From a virus, in the IMG/VR virus record IMGVR_UViG_3300025684_000014, positions 1-64,000 of that record: DNA of 64,000 nt, one strand, 5' to 3'. This document shows positions 20,786 through 31,400 of this stretch, piece by piece; the first letter of the stretch is position 1; each line of letters starts with the position of its first letter. The notes under the pieces are model-generated. The model had not been told where the DNA came from, did no database searches, and was given only the letters and a program-made list of their open reading frames with translations. A program made the translations under genes and the position numbers.

Positions 20786-23108
20786 CTTCTAATGCCTCAT
20801 AAATTTCATCTAGATTGTTATTGTTATTTATATTACTAATAATATCGCTACAGTCATTTAAATTTAAAGAAGAGATATATATCCCATTTTTACTTTTGAG
20901 TTCTATTAAATCTTTATCCCTTTTATTTAAAGAAACTCCTTCGCCGACTACCCCTTCAGCAGTTGGGGTTTCTTCTTCTATTACTTCTAAAAGTTTATCT
21001 TTTTCTTTTTTATAATCTTCGCAACCAGTCAGTCCTTTAGATAACAATTTATAAATAACTCTAAATAGCCTAATTAAATGAATTAGCTCTTTTATTTCTC
21101 CAAGAATTTTAAATTCACCTTGAACTAATTCTCCAAGAAAAGCATCTAAATTTTTAAAACTTAAAACAATATTTCTTGTTATTTTTAAAATAAAATTTCT
21201 TGCTTCATCTATCTTTGATACCATCATTTTTTGTATAGAATCAAAAGTATCTGTTAAATCTTTAGAAGTATTATTTGTAGTTTTTCTTAGATTCTTTATG
21301 AATTCGTATTCATGTTCTACGTAAGGGCTTTGAATATCAATTCCATACTTAAACATCATTAAAGACGAAAGTGAAAACTTATCTCTTTCACCTGCTCTTT
21401 GAATTGGTTTTCCTGAAATAGCTTCCCACGTAAAAGGTTTCTTACCTCCAGTACCTTTATTTATTTTAGGAAAGAAACCCTCATTTTGACTAGCGTAACG
21501 AGCTCTTTCAGCAACTAATTCTGCGCTCATTCTTTGGGTAGCCATTTTGTTTTCTAAAGATTCTATTTTGTTTTCTTCAATTTGCTGTGCTCTTTTTACA
21601 GCGTCTATTTGATTCTCTAAATCTTGATTTAGTTTTTTACTTAATTGATCTTCTTTAATTTTTAATCTTTCTAGTTCTTTCATTAGATCTTTTACTTGAG
21701 CAAGCTTGTAAATCGATTCTCCCATAAGCGGATTTTCACTTACAAATTCAAGAAATAAATCTAAAAATTCTTGATAACTAAATATTTTAATTTCTGTTCT
21801 TTTTTCAAAAACGTAATCTACAAAATATGTTTGCAACAAAAGGTAATCATAAAAATTATTTATCTGTTCTTGTTGATTTTGACGGATTTGGTTTTTTGTA
21901 TTATCAACATCTATAAATCTTTGTCTTATTTCATAAGATAATTTATCTAGATCCTCTTTAATCTCTTTCCGTTTTCTTTCTTTTTCTTCTTCAAAAGTTT
22001 CTAAATCTCCGCCTAAAAAGTCATAAAGACTTAGCATTGTTTTATGAATTGCACTTATTGTTTTATTTACTAGGTCTAAAGAATCGTTAGCTATTTTTTC
22101 TATTGATTTTACAATTGTCTTCAAATAACTAAAAACGCTAATGGTTGCATTTTTTACACAATCTAAAAATGGCAATATTAGTCTTGGTATGTTTTCAACT
22201 AGTGAAACAACACCATTAATTGCACCGCTTATAATCTTTCCTATAGTAGCCATTGGATCTATTCTTATAGAAGCAAGATCCATTGAATACTTAATAAACA
22301 AAGCAGGTAATGTTAAGTTTAATCCGACAAGGTTGGATGGGCATATAATATTTTTTCCAAACCCTAAAGAAAACTTACATATCATTTCATATATTTTAGT
22401 AGGGTCTAAATCTTTTTTAAGATCAGCTAAAAGCTTTTTAGTCATGTTTAAGAATTTTGTAAAATCTACAACAAATTCTAAAGCAGGCATTGCAAATTCT
22501 AAATCTATTTTAATCATGCAATTAAAACATTTTTCGATACCAAAGTTTAATTCTTTATCACTCTTGCCAACGTTTATTTTTCCGTCACCTAAACCTAATA
22601 CTCTATCTATTGCTCTAGTAAGATTCACTCCTGCTTTTCTATTTATATCGTTGGTTAATCTATTTTTATAATAATAACCATCTCCTTCTCCAGGCTCTGT
22701 AGACCAAGAGCTAGAATTTTCAAAAGCAAAAAAGTCATTTGTCTTTTCACCTTTTGAATCTGTAATAGAACATTCTTTATAACTTTCTTCTACAAATATA
22801 TCTTTTACATCTTTGTATTCTTCAGATATTTTATCAATTAAAACTCCAAACCCTGCTTTGATTTCTTCTGTTTCTTTTACATTTTGCTCTACAATAGAAA
22901 GCATTTGTTGATTGCTGACAGTACCGCCTATTTTTGCTTCTAAACCTGTTTCTAATCTTACTAGTGGTGAGAAATACATTATTGATGAATTAGTATCTAA
23001 TTCTTCCATATCAAAAGAATTTTTTATTCTTTCTTCTATTAAGTTTTGCTCATAAGCTTTTATCAATTCTTCGATATCTGGAAGCAGAATAGATATATCC
23101 ATTATCAA
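20766..23108 (-). CDS. hypothetical coiled-coil protein (probable virion protein)
   Basis: 780-aa ORF with overlapping stop/start junctions. Confidence 0.5.
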   Translation of the reverse strand: MIMDISILLPDIEELIKAYEQNLIEERIKNSFDMEELDTNSSIMYFSPLVRLETGLEAKIGGTVSNQQMLSIVEQNVKETEEIKAGFGVLIDKISEEYKDVKDIFVEESYKECSITDSKGEKTNDFFAFENSSSWSTEPGEGDGYYYKNRLTNDINRKAGVNLTRAIDRVLGLGDGKINVGKSDKELNFGIEKCFNCMIKIDLEFAMPALEFVVDFTKFLNMTKKLLADLKKDLDPTKIYEMICKFSLGFGKNIICPSNLVGLNLTLPALFIKYSMDLASIRIDPMATIGKIISGAINGVVSLVENIPRLILPFLDCVKNATISVFSYLKTIVKSIEKIANDSLDLVNKTISAIHKTMLSLYDFLGGDLETFEEEKERKRKEIKEDLDKLSYEIRQRFIDVDNTKNQIRQNQQEQINNFYDYLLLQTYFVDYVFEKRTEIKIFSYQEFLDLFLEFVSENPLMGESIYKLAQVKDLMKELERLKIKEDQLSKKLNQDLENQIDAVKRAQQIEENKIESLENKMATQRMSAELVAERARYASQNEGFFPKINKGTGGKKPFTWEAISGKPIQRAGERDKFSLSSLMMFKYGIDIQSPYVEHEYEFIKNLRKTTNNTSKDLTDTFDSIQKMMVSKIDEARNFILKITRNIVLSFKNLDAFLGELVQGEFKILGEIKELIHLIRLFRVIYKLLSKGLTGCEDYKKEKDKLLEVIEEETPTAEGVVGEGVSLNKRDKDLIELKSKNGIYISSLNLNDCSDIISNINNNNNLDEIYEALEDGYFGI

Positions 23109-23413
23109 TCCTCTATTACATCTTTATATTTTTTACGTTTATGTTTTGGTCTTTTTAAATTTTCTTTATATTCTAAAGCTTTGTTTACAGCAGAATCTCT
23201 TTTATTTTCAAATGTATTATCTTGTAAGGATTCTTCTAGCCCTGGAATAATTGTAAATAAATATTCAGTGTATTCATTCATTATTGAGGCAAGATCATCT
23301 TTGTGTACAAAATCTCTAGCAATTTTTTTAAACATTCTTTGATACTGCTCTTCTAATTCGTCATGTTCTGTAGCACCTTCAACATCTTTTTTTTCATTTA
23401 AAGCTTTAAACAT
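23105..23413 (-). CDS. hypothetical protein
   Basis: 102 aa, coupled to its neighbours. Confidence 0.5.
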   Translation of the reverse strand: MFKALNEKKDVEGATEHDELEEQYQRMFKKIARDFVHKDDLASIMNEYTEYLFTIIPGLEESLQDNTFENKRDSAVNKALEYKENLKRPKHKRKKYKDVIED

Positions 23414-23885
23414 TGTCTTCTATTATTCCTGAAATTAAATCTTTTATTTCATCAGTTTCTATTTGTTTTCTTAATTCTAATAAAGTTAAGTAATCTTCAT
23501 AAGTAATTTCTTTTTTATTTCCACCAAAAACATTTGTAGCTGATCTTTTTAAAGGCGATGATTTAGATATATCTAATGTATGCGTATTGTTACTTCTTTG
23601 AATATCTTCGTAAAGTCCATCTTTAATTACTTTTATTTCTTTTAAAAGATGATTTGCTTCTTTTAGATTATCTTCTAACTTTTTATTAATTAATTCTGCT
23701 TCTTCTTTACTAAAAGCTCTTTGAGGATTGTTTCTTGCTTTTGATAATAGGTTTGTAATTTCATCATTTGTTACTGGCTCTGTTCTTTCTTTAGATGCTA
23801 TTTGAGCTTTCTTTACACTTCTTTTTAAATCTTTAAATTGCTTGTTAAATTTACCTTCGTAAATATCATCAAAAATAGTGCTCAT
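23406..23885 (-). CDS. hypothetical protein
   Basis: 159 aa, coupled to its neighbours. Confidence 0.5.
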   Translation of the reverse strand: MSTIFDDIYEGKFNKQFKDLKRSVKKAQIASKERTEPVTNDEITNLLSKARNNPQRAFSKEEAELINKKLEDNLKEANHLLKEIKVIKDGLYEDIQRSNNTHTLDISKSSPLKRSATNVFGGNKKEITYEDYLTLLELRKQIETDEIKDLISGIIEDNV

Positions 23886-24307
23886 TAGTTTACTAGTTTC
23901 TCCGTAAATCTTATCTTTAAAGAAAGATCTTTTTTGATCTGAGGCTTACTGTGTCCTGGGCAAAAGATTCTTACCCAAATAGGAAAAATTGATTCTATGT
24001 TTCCTACAGAGCTATTACCAATATTTGGTACGCTTACTGGCGTATTTGGTAATATATCTCCCCACTCCTCTTCTGTAGGTTGTTCTGACCCAAATGATAA
24101 TTTAATTGACCAACCTGACTCTGAAAACAACGCACCTTCTTCTAAATCAATCATACTTGGAACTACAGTAATCCCAGTGTAATAAAATTGAGGATCATTA
24201 TTTCTTATATAAATAAGTTTAACATCTTCTTCGCCAGTAAATGAATTATGACTGGTTGTTAAAGATGTAAGTGTTTCTAAGTTTTCATCTAAAAATATAA
24301 GACTCAT
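23885..24307 (-). CDS. hypothetical beta-rich virion protein
   Basis: 140 aa, coupled to its neighbours. Confidence 0.5.
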   Translation of the reverse strand: MSLIFLDENLETLTSLTTSHNSFTGEEDVKLIYIRNNDPQFYYTGITVVPSMIDLEEGALFSESGWSIKLSFGSEQPTEEEWGDILPNTPVSVPNIGNSSVGNIESIFPIWVRIFCPGHSKPQIKKDLSLKIRFTEKLVN

Positions 24308-25209
24308 ACTCTATTTCCTCTATTTCTGTTAAAACCTCTTCTATGATCTCTATTAGAAGAAGACAATCCCATTCCCATCAAAGCAGATCCAGCCATTGTT
24401 GATACTCTACCAACTCTTCCAACATTAAGAGTAGACTTACCTAAAAGCAAATCTCTTTTATATTTATCTACAGTGCCCATATTGGCTGTGTCCATATTTT
24501 GTAGCTTATTTAAGTTTTGACTTCTCATTTCAGAACTAGTTAGATTTATTTCAATATCTGAAGATGTTTTTGTATCACCCCTTTTTATATTTTTAAAAAC
24601 TCTTTCGTTTATAATATCTTTTAAAGGTTTTTCTTCGTTACTTAATCCTAATTCTTTCATAGTTAAATTTTGATTTTTTATATTTTTTAATTCGGTTCCG
24701 GCTTCTATAATTCCTTTTTCTGCGTAATCACTTTTAAGAATACCTTTCATAAAAGTTTCTTCCATATTTACCATGTTTTTAGCTAATACTTTACTTGCTC
24801 CTCCGATAGACAATCCTGCTAAAGCTCCGTACATTGCGCCTTCTGCTTTATCTCCTCCTGCAATACCAGCTCCCATAACGCCAAGAAGACCAGCCCCTGC
24901 AGCTGTTTGAAGTATATTACCTCCCCCTCCAAAAGCATTAGTTAAACCAGTACCTCTTCCTGATTGCGCAGCCAAACCAATTCCCGCTTCTTGACCAGCT
25001 TCTACGTTTCTAACTGCTGCTCCAATAGCATCATCAGACATTACTACTGAATCGTCATCAAATCTTCCTTGAAAAAAATCTGTTACTTTCTTTTTACCTG
25101 CATCATCTAAAGATGATCCACTCAAAACACCATCAAGACTTCTTCTTCCTGCATCAAACATTTCTTGATACACATCTTTGCTTCCAAATAATTTTGTTAA
25201 AAAACTCAT
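24304..25209 (-). CDS. Gly/Ala-rich putative internal virion (ejection-like) protein
   Basis: Glycine-zipper-like hydrophobic segments (AAGAGLLGVMGAGIAGG) and an Arg-rich C-terminus. Confidence 0.4.
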   Translation of the reverse strand: MSFLTKLFGSKDVYQEMFDAGRRSLDGVLSGSSLDDAGKKKVTDFFQGRFDDDSVVMSDDAIGAAVRNVEAGQEAGIGLAAQSGRGTGLTNAFGGGGNILQTAAGAGLLGVMGAGIAGGDKAEGAMYGALAGLSIGGASKVLAKNMVNMEETFMKGILKSDYAEKGIIEAGTELKNIKNQNLTMKELGLSNEEKPLKDIINERVFKNIKRGDTKTSSDIEINLTSSEMRSQNLNKLQNMDTANMGTVDKYKRDLLLGKSTLNVGRVGRVSTMAGSALMGMGLSSSNRDHRRGFNRNRGNRV

Positions 25210-27323
25210 TATTTCCAACTCCTTTTAGATGGTTTATTTAAAAAACCTCTCCTGTTAGCATGTTTTAATTCACTAATAGGAGTCATTCCACTAGAAGTAC
25301 CTTTATATTTACTAATTCCTTCAAGTATAGAAAAATTCTCTTCTTTTTTTCTAGTGGCTTTTCTTTCTTCTCTATTTATTTCTAAAAGATGCAAAGCTCC
25401 TGGTATACCTCTTTCTTTTGCGTAATCAAACACTGCACTTGTAGAATCCGACGCTTCTTTTTTTATATCTTTAACTTTATGATAAGAAGGAGTACTAGGC
25501 ATCATTTGCCTACCCGAATAAACTGATTCTTCTAATACCAAAGCTGCTAAAGCTAACATAAAAGCATCAAGTCTGTGATCTCCTATTTGCTCGTTAGCTT
25601 TTCCATAAACAGGCTTATTATTTTGTTTATTATATTTTTCTACTACGTAATTGAAAAATTGATCTTTTAATACTTCATCTTCTGTAGGAAATTTAAATAA
25701 TCTTTCTTGTAAAATGCGTACTGCATTTTCTACCAAGAAATGCTTACCCATCTTTTTAATATCTTTATTAGTAATTGGGTCTTTTAAAGTAATATTGCTA
25801 GAGAAATTAAAAGCCTTAAGCCTATCAGGTATTTTTGCTGTTTCTTTTTCAATAGGGCTTTTGTCTGCTTTGCCTCTTAAAGAATACGCTTCGTAAATTA
25901 CGTCTTCAATAATTGTATGCCCATATCCTTCGTCAGCATAAATATAATCTGGCTTCCATTTGTAATTTAAATTAATAAGTTCTTTTATCCATCTCCTAGC
26001 AGAAAACTCACTACTGCTTACATTAATAGCATCAAGGCCAAGCCAAACTTTATCTTGTGGAAAATATCCTACTACATAAAATTCTGTACCTGCATTTTTA
26101 TTCCAGTCTATCCCAATAGAGATGATTGCATCATTTACAGATTTAAGATTGAGACGTCTTTGTAATGTGCCTAAGTTTTCACAATCAGAGTATTTATAAT
26201 CTAAACGAGCAGAATTTACCCAATTCTTCTTAAATACACCTTTTTCATCTTCAATAAATACACCCATGTACTCTGCTAAAAATGAATCTGGCGTAGAATC
26301 TCTTATAATATCTTCTTTTATCTGATCCCAAAATGGAAGTATTGAAGTAGGTAAATGGTCTGATTTAAAGTCGCTACGCTTGTGACACCATTCATAAAAC
26401 TTACCTTTTTCACCAATTGGTGTAGAAGTAGCATACATAACTGTATCCGGGGTAGTAGCAAGAATAGGATTGATTACTTTAGTAAGTACTTCTTCTGGAA
26501 TCATATCCATCTCGTCTAGATAAATAATATTCGCAGAGAAACCACGCATAGTACCACCACCAGAACCATCTTGACGCATACCAATACCTGATACGAAACC
26601 TTGTATTAAAGCGCCATTTTTAAACTCCATTTTAAAAGTAGGAGTTTTTACATATAATGAATCCCCTGTACCAGTTGTTATTTCTTGCCTTAGCTCTACG
26701 TTTCTTTTTATTAACTTTTCTATTTCTTCAAAGATGTTTGTTAACTGAGCTTGGTAGGGAGTAACAATCATTATAGTAGGTCCCATATAAACAGGGTTGC
26801 CTTGTGAATCTCTACCTCTTTCTAGTTTACTATTATAAGCGTGATAAATAAGCTTTAAAGCCATTGCAAAGGTTTTACCTGAGCGACGACCTTCAAGAAT
26901 AGATACACGTTGAGAAGTACATCTTATTTGTTCTTTCTGGTAAGAGCGGATAAACCATTTATCGTCTTCATCAGAAAATCCAAACATTAATTCACACCAA
27001 GTAACAGGATCAATAGAGGCTTTTAATAATTTGGTAGCATGTTCTCTACTAAAGCCTGTTTCTTTAGACAAGTTCTCTATTTTGTTTGCTGCTCCATCAG
27101 GAAGTTTTCTTGGAGTTAGTTTACATTTTATTTTATTCTCTCCATACTTATAATATTGTCTTATTTGACAATTTATACAAGCTCTACTTGTGTCGGTATT
27201 AATTGCGCCGCCCATTTCTTTAATTAAGGCTTCTGATGCTTTTGCTTCAGGATTCTGGTGCTCAATACCATATTCGTTTATTACAAAAAGTTCTTCTCTT
27301 ATTTTTTCTTTAATATTTTTCAT
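25209..27323 (-). CDS. terL: terminase large subunit
   Basis: Walker A GRRSGKT, Walker B IIYLDEMD, motif III ATSTP, RNase H-fold GIDWN ... DHRLDA. Confidence 0.93.
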   Translation of the reverse strand: MKNIKEKIREELFVINEYGIEHQNPEAKASEALIKEMGGAINTDTSRACINCQIRQYYKYGENKIKCKLTPRKLPDGAANKIENLSKETGFSREHATKLLKASIDPVTWCELMFGFSDEDDKWFIRSYQKEQIRCTSQRVSILEGRRSGKTFAMALKLIYHAYNSKLERGRDSQGNPVYMGPTIMIVTPYQAQLTNIFEEIEKLIKRNVELRQEITTGTGDSLYVKTPTFKMEFKNGALIQGFVSGIGMRQDGSGGGTMRGFSANIIYLDEMDMIPEEVLTKVINPILATTPDTVMYATSTPIGEKGKFYEWCHKRSDFKSDHLPTSILPFWDQIKEDIIRDSTPDSFLAEYMGVFIEDEKGVFKKNWVNSARLDYKYSDCENLGTLQRRLNLKSVNDAIISIGIDWNKNAGTEFYVVGYFPQDKVWLGLDAINVSSSEFSARRWIKELINLNYKWKPDYIYADEGYGHTIIEDVIYEAYSLRGKADKSPIEKETAKIPDRLKAFNFSSNITLKDPITNKDIKKMGKHFLVENAVRILQERLFKFPTEDEVLKDQFFNYVVEKYNKQNNKPVYGKANEQIGDHRLDAFMLALAALVLEESVYSGRQMMPSTPSYHKVKDIKKEASDSTSAVFDYAKERGIPGALHLLEINREERKATRKKEENFSILEGISKYKGTSSGMTPISELKHANRRGFLNKPSKRSWK

Positions 27324-28468
27324 TAGTATCTCTTGTATTGGCTAAACATGTCTCGGTTCATATGCATAATAGTTGCTTCTTGTCCAAAAGCGCTTCTACC
27401 ATTTAAATGGGATTTGTTAATTGCTTGTACTGCACGCTCTCGCATCGTAACAGCATTTCTTGTAAAGTAAGAAGCAGTATCTCCAGCATACCCCAAACCT
27501 TTGTTTTTTCCAATATTTTCAAAACCAGCTTCTAATATTGATTGGCTTGCTTTAACTGTAGCTGTTGTAGCTAAAAGACCAATTCCTCCTCCAATTAACC
27601 CAGGCAAACTAGTCATCATATACGCGCCCATAGCAGCACCTCCAATAGCTCCTGCACCACCACCTAATACTCCTGCAATAGTTTCATTCATTCCCATTAC
27701 ATTACCTGCAAAAGCACCTATAGAACTACCTACTTCCATACCAATAGTTGACATTACTATAGAGCCCATTACAGGAAGCATTCTTCCTAGCATACCAGAA
27801 CCCATTATGGGGCTAATTCTTGCTAATTCTTGACCTTCCGTCAAAGCTGTATATCCTGATCTTAATGCGCCACTAGAATCTGTGATTCCCAGGGTTGACA
27901 TAGCCCTTGCAGCATCTGCCACTTTATAACCTTCTAAAGCCATTTGGGTTCCATAATAGTTGCCCAATATGTCAGATACCATATACTTTCCAGCTTCTGA
28001 AACACCACCATCAGCATAAGAAGAAATAATACCGTAAGCTGACATACCTAATGGCATTGCTCTACTTAACCAGTTTTGAACTTGCACTCCTTTTCCAGCA
28101 GCACTAGAATAAATACTTCGCGTATTATACCTATTTACCATATCAGTGCGTGTTGCGCCTAAATTTGCATTTAGCTGTCCATTTGACGTTCTTATCCTAC
28201 CATTTATTCCGCCTTCTCCTGACAAAGCAGAATTCTGTATATACTTAAATCCTCCACTATCAGAAACAGTATAACCAAAACCTAATTCCCCAACCAATGG
28301 CTCAGCACCTATTGAATAAGCTGCACCATACATTATTTGATTCGCGCTTCCAGCAAGCAACTTTCCTGCTCCAACTATACCAAATAAGTTTAGTCCTATT
28401 TCTGTTGCACTACTGGGACTATCTATATCTGGAAGCATCCCTGTTATTAATGAAGATATTGATCCCAT
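27323..28468 (-). CDS. Gly-rich putative internal virion / membrane-penetrating protein
   Basis: 381 aa with glycine-zipper hydrophobic helices (GVLGGGAGAIGGAAMG). Confidence 0.4.
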   Translation of the reverse strand: MGSISSLITGMLPDIDSPSSATEIGLNLFGIVGAGKLLAGSANQIMYGAAYSIGAEPLVGELGFGYTVSDSGGFKYIQNSALSGEGGINGRIRTSNGQLNANLGATRTDMVNRYNTRSIYSSAAGKGVQVQNWLSRAMPLGMSAYGIISSYADGGVSEAGKYMVSDILGNYYGTQMALEGYKVADAARAMSTLGITDSSGALRSGYTALTEGQELARISPIMGSGMLGRMLPVMGSIVMSTIGMEVGSSIGAFAGNVMGMNETIAGVLGGGAGAIGGAAMGAYMMTSLPGLIGGGIGLLATTATVKASQSILEAGFENIGKNKGLGYAGDTASYFTRNAVTMRERAVQAINKSHLNGRSAFGQEATIMHMNRDMFSQYKRY

Positions 28469-28470
28469 AA

Positions 28471-31400
28471 TTACATCCTATGGTGGGCTATTGGAGAGTT
28501 AAAATAATTTCTGTTTGCTAGCTGTTGCATTTCTTCCATACGTTTTAATCGTATTTGGGCTTGCATGCTTCTTTTTTGTTTTGCTAAATTATTTATTACG
28601 GCTTCTTCTTGATAAACATCTTTTGCTAAAGTACTACTAGTTAATTCTAAATTGTTTTTGTTAAATTTAGAGCTTTTAAATTGATCTTTTTGATGTTTAC
28701 TATTTCTGGTTCTCATTAAGGAACCTATTTCGTATTTTTGTTGATCTAGAACAGTCAATATGCTGTTATTAGTACCTCCAAAAGTCTGGAGATCTGTTTC
28801 TGTCCAGCCACCATTTCTTGTATCTGGTTCAAAAGGTTTATCAGAACTATTAATTACTTTTCCTATAGAAGCGATTTCTTCTTTTAATACTGAGGATATA
28901 CCACCTTCTCTTTCCGCTTTTTCCATTATTCCAAGCATAGACATATAATTAGAATTTTGTGCTACTTTTTTGGGATTTGCCAAAGTGTTAAAAGTTACTG
29001 TTTGTCCGCTTGCTACAGAAAGCTCTTTATATGCTTTGAAATAATTTTCTGACCACATACCTCTATTAGATTTATAAGCCATTTCTTCGGCTTGTTTAAA
29101 AGCTTTTGTATCGTATAATGGTTCTTTGCCTTTCCCTCTGTAAGGCAGGTGCGCAGCAAAACCTCTTTTTACTAATTCTAAGTTAAGATTTTTTCCATCT
29201 GCATATACAACACCTACTTGTCGACCATATGTAGTATCTGTATTATCTGTTACAATTCTAACATCTTTAGCATTTGCTAACATTTCGCTTACCAATGCTT
29301 TAGCTTGCTCAGCAAATGGTTGAGCAGATCTGCCTCCGTGTGCTGTCTCCGGTGCGTCAATTCCTGCTAAACGAATTGAAACATCTCTGCCACCTTTTTT
29401 AATTGTTAATGTATCTGCGTCTTCTACAGTTACGCTTCTTCCTTCCAAAATATGTTCTGATAGTTCAGGTCTATTAGCTAAATGTTTTGAAGGATATCTT
29501 CTAGGATCTAATGGTGACCCTGCTGGAGAATATCCTTGTTTAAGAGAAACACCTAATTGTTCTCTAAAAGACGAGTCAATAAAACTTTTTAAGAAAAAAC
29601 CAATATCACCTTTTTCGCTGAAATATCTTTCAGCAAATTTAGCTGACATGTATCTTTCTCTTTCACGCCTCACTTGATGGTTTTCTAATACAGACATTGA
29701 GTAACCTGGATTCCTGTAAGGAGATCCAAAATCTGTAGTAGCTTTTCTTAATAAAGCAGCTAATCCGTTTTCTTGCATACCTTCAATTTCATTATATCTA
29801 CCAAAATTAGGATCAATTTGCTGTTTTCTTTCTAACCACTTTTCATAAGTAGGCATTAAAAGGCTTTTTGCTTGTCCTTGATCTAAAGGCGCTTTTCCTA
29901 CAGATGCTAAACTGCTTGCTCCAAACAAAGCAATTGCACCTAAAACTCCTTTTCCTACTTTAGAAAAAACAGCATCTTTAAAAGAAAAACTTTTAGATAT
30001 TTTTTGCTCTACCGATTCTTTAAAAGAAGAAACTATATTTCTTTCTGGGGAACTATCTAATACTGGATCTATTCTTTTTAAATTTTCTGCACTGGTGCCA
30101 ATTCTTTCCGAAGCGCTTAAAGTACTTTGTGTTACAGTTGCCTTTGTCTTTCTTCCTCTATTTGAAACTACCATTTTCTCTATAGAAGCTTTTAAATCAT
30201 TTTGAAAACCTTGTGCACTAAAATGCCTTTCCATAGATTCTATTTGTGCGCCTGCTGACTCAGAATAGCTCAAAGCTTTAGATCTGAATAAATCTAAATC
30301 TTTTATTTCCATAGTAGATTCATCATAAGTACCTTTAAAATGAGTCAATATTTCTTGTTTAACAACATCTTTCCTAGCCATTTTGTATTCTGGAAGATCC
30401 ATAATATCTTCTAGCATTTCTCCAAAAGAAGTTTTCTTAGTAGCTTTCGTAGGAGAAATAAAATTATGGCTTTGTTTTTCTAACCCACCCACTTCACTTG
30501 TTACTCTTACTGGCTTTAATCCAGGCGCACTTTCTCTAGTTTCGTAATATCCTTGCTCTGCTATATCCAAAGCATAACGACCTGCACGAGCTTTTAAGTG
30601 TACGTCATGCAACGATTCTATAACTGTGCCAGAAGCATCCCTTAGTGGTTGATTTAAAAAGTCCATTAACTGTCCGTATTGAACAGCTCTATAATAAGCA
30701 CCTTCACCTTTCATAGCTTGTTTTAATAAATCTTCACTACCATCTTTTTTATTCATTACTATATCTAAAGCATTTATTTGATCTAAAGCTTCTCTAAGTA
30801 TAGGTGTTTCTGATAATGCAGTATCTCCTAAACCTGAGTGAAGTTCTTTTTGAAACAATCTGTAAGCTGATTCTTCAACTGATTTACCTTTTCTTTGTTG
30901 CTCTAAGAAGCCATATAAACGTGCCTGTACTTCAACACCAAAAGAAGTTGGTACTTCTGAGCTAGTCATCAATCCACTTTTAATAAGCATTGATTGTTGC
31001 ATTTTAGGCAAATCTAAAATGTCTCTTACTGAACCTTCAGTTGTAGTCTCAAGAAAAGTTTTCCATAACTTAGACCAGTCTCCTGTTTTTTGAGCCATTG
31101 CCCTAGCTCTAGTAAAATCTTCTCCAGTAACAAAGAATGGTTTTCCAGACATAGTAGAGATACTTTCTACTGTTCCGAAAAACGGGTTTTTAGTAATTAA
31201 TTGTTTATCCGCAGCTCTTGTTAAATTTAAATCTATTAATTCTTGTTCGTATCTTCCTGAACCAAATCCTTTAATAAAAGTAGATTCTTTTATTGGGTCT
31301 AGTCCTTTAGCAACCCTATCTGTATTTAAAGCTTCAAAAGCTTCTTTTGCATAAGCATCTATCTGTCCACCAAATTGAGTAGACTCGAATGCTGCGTTAG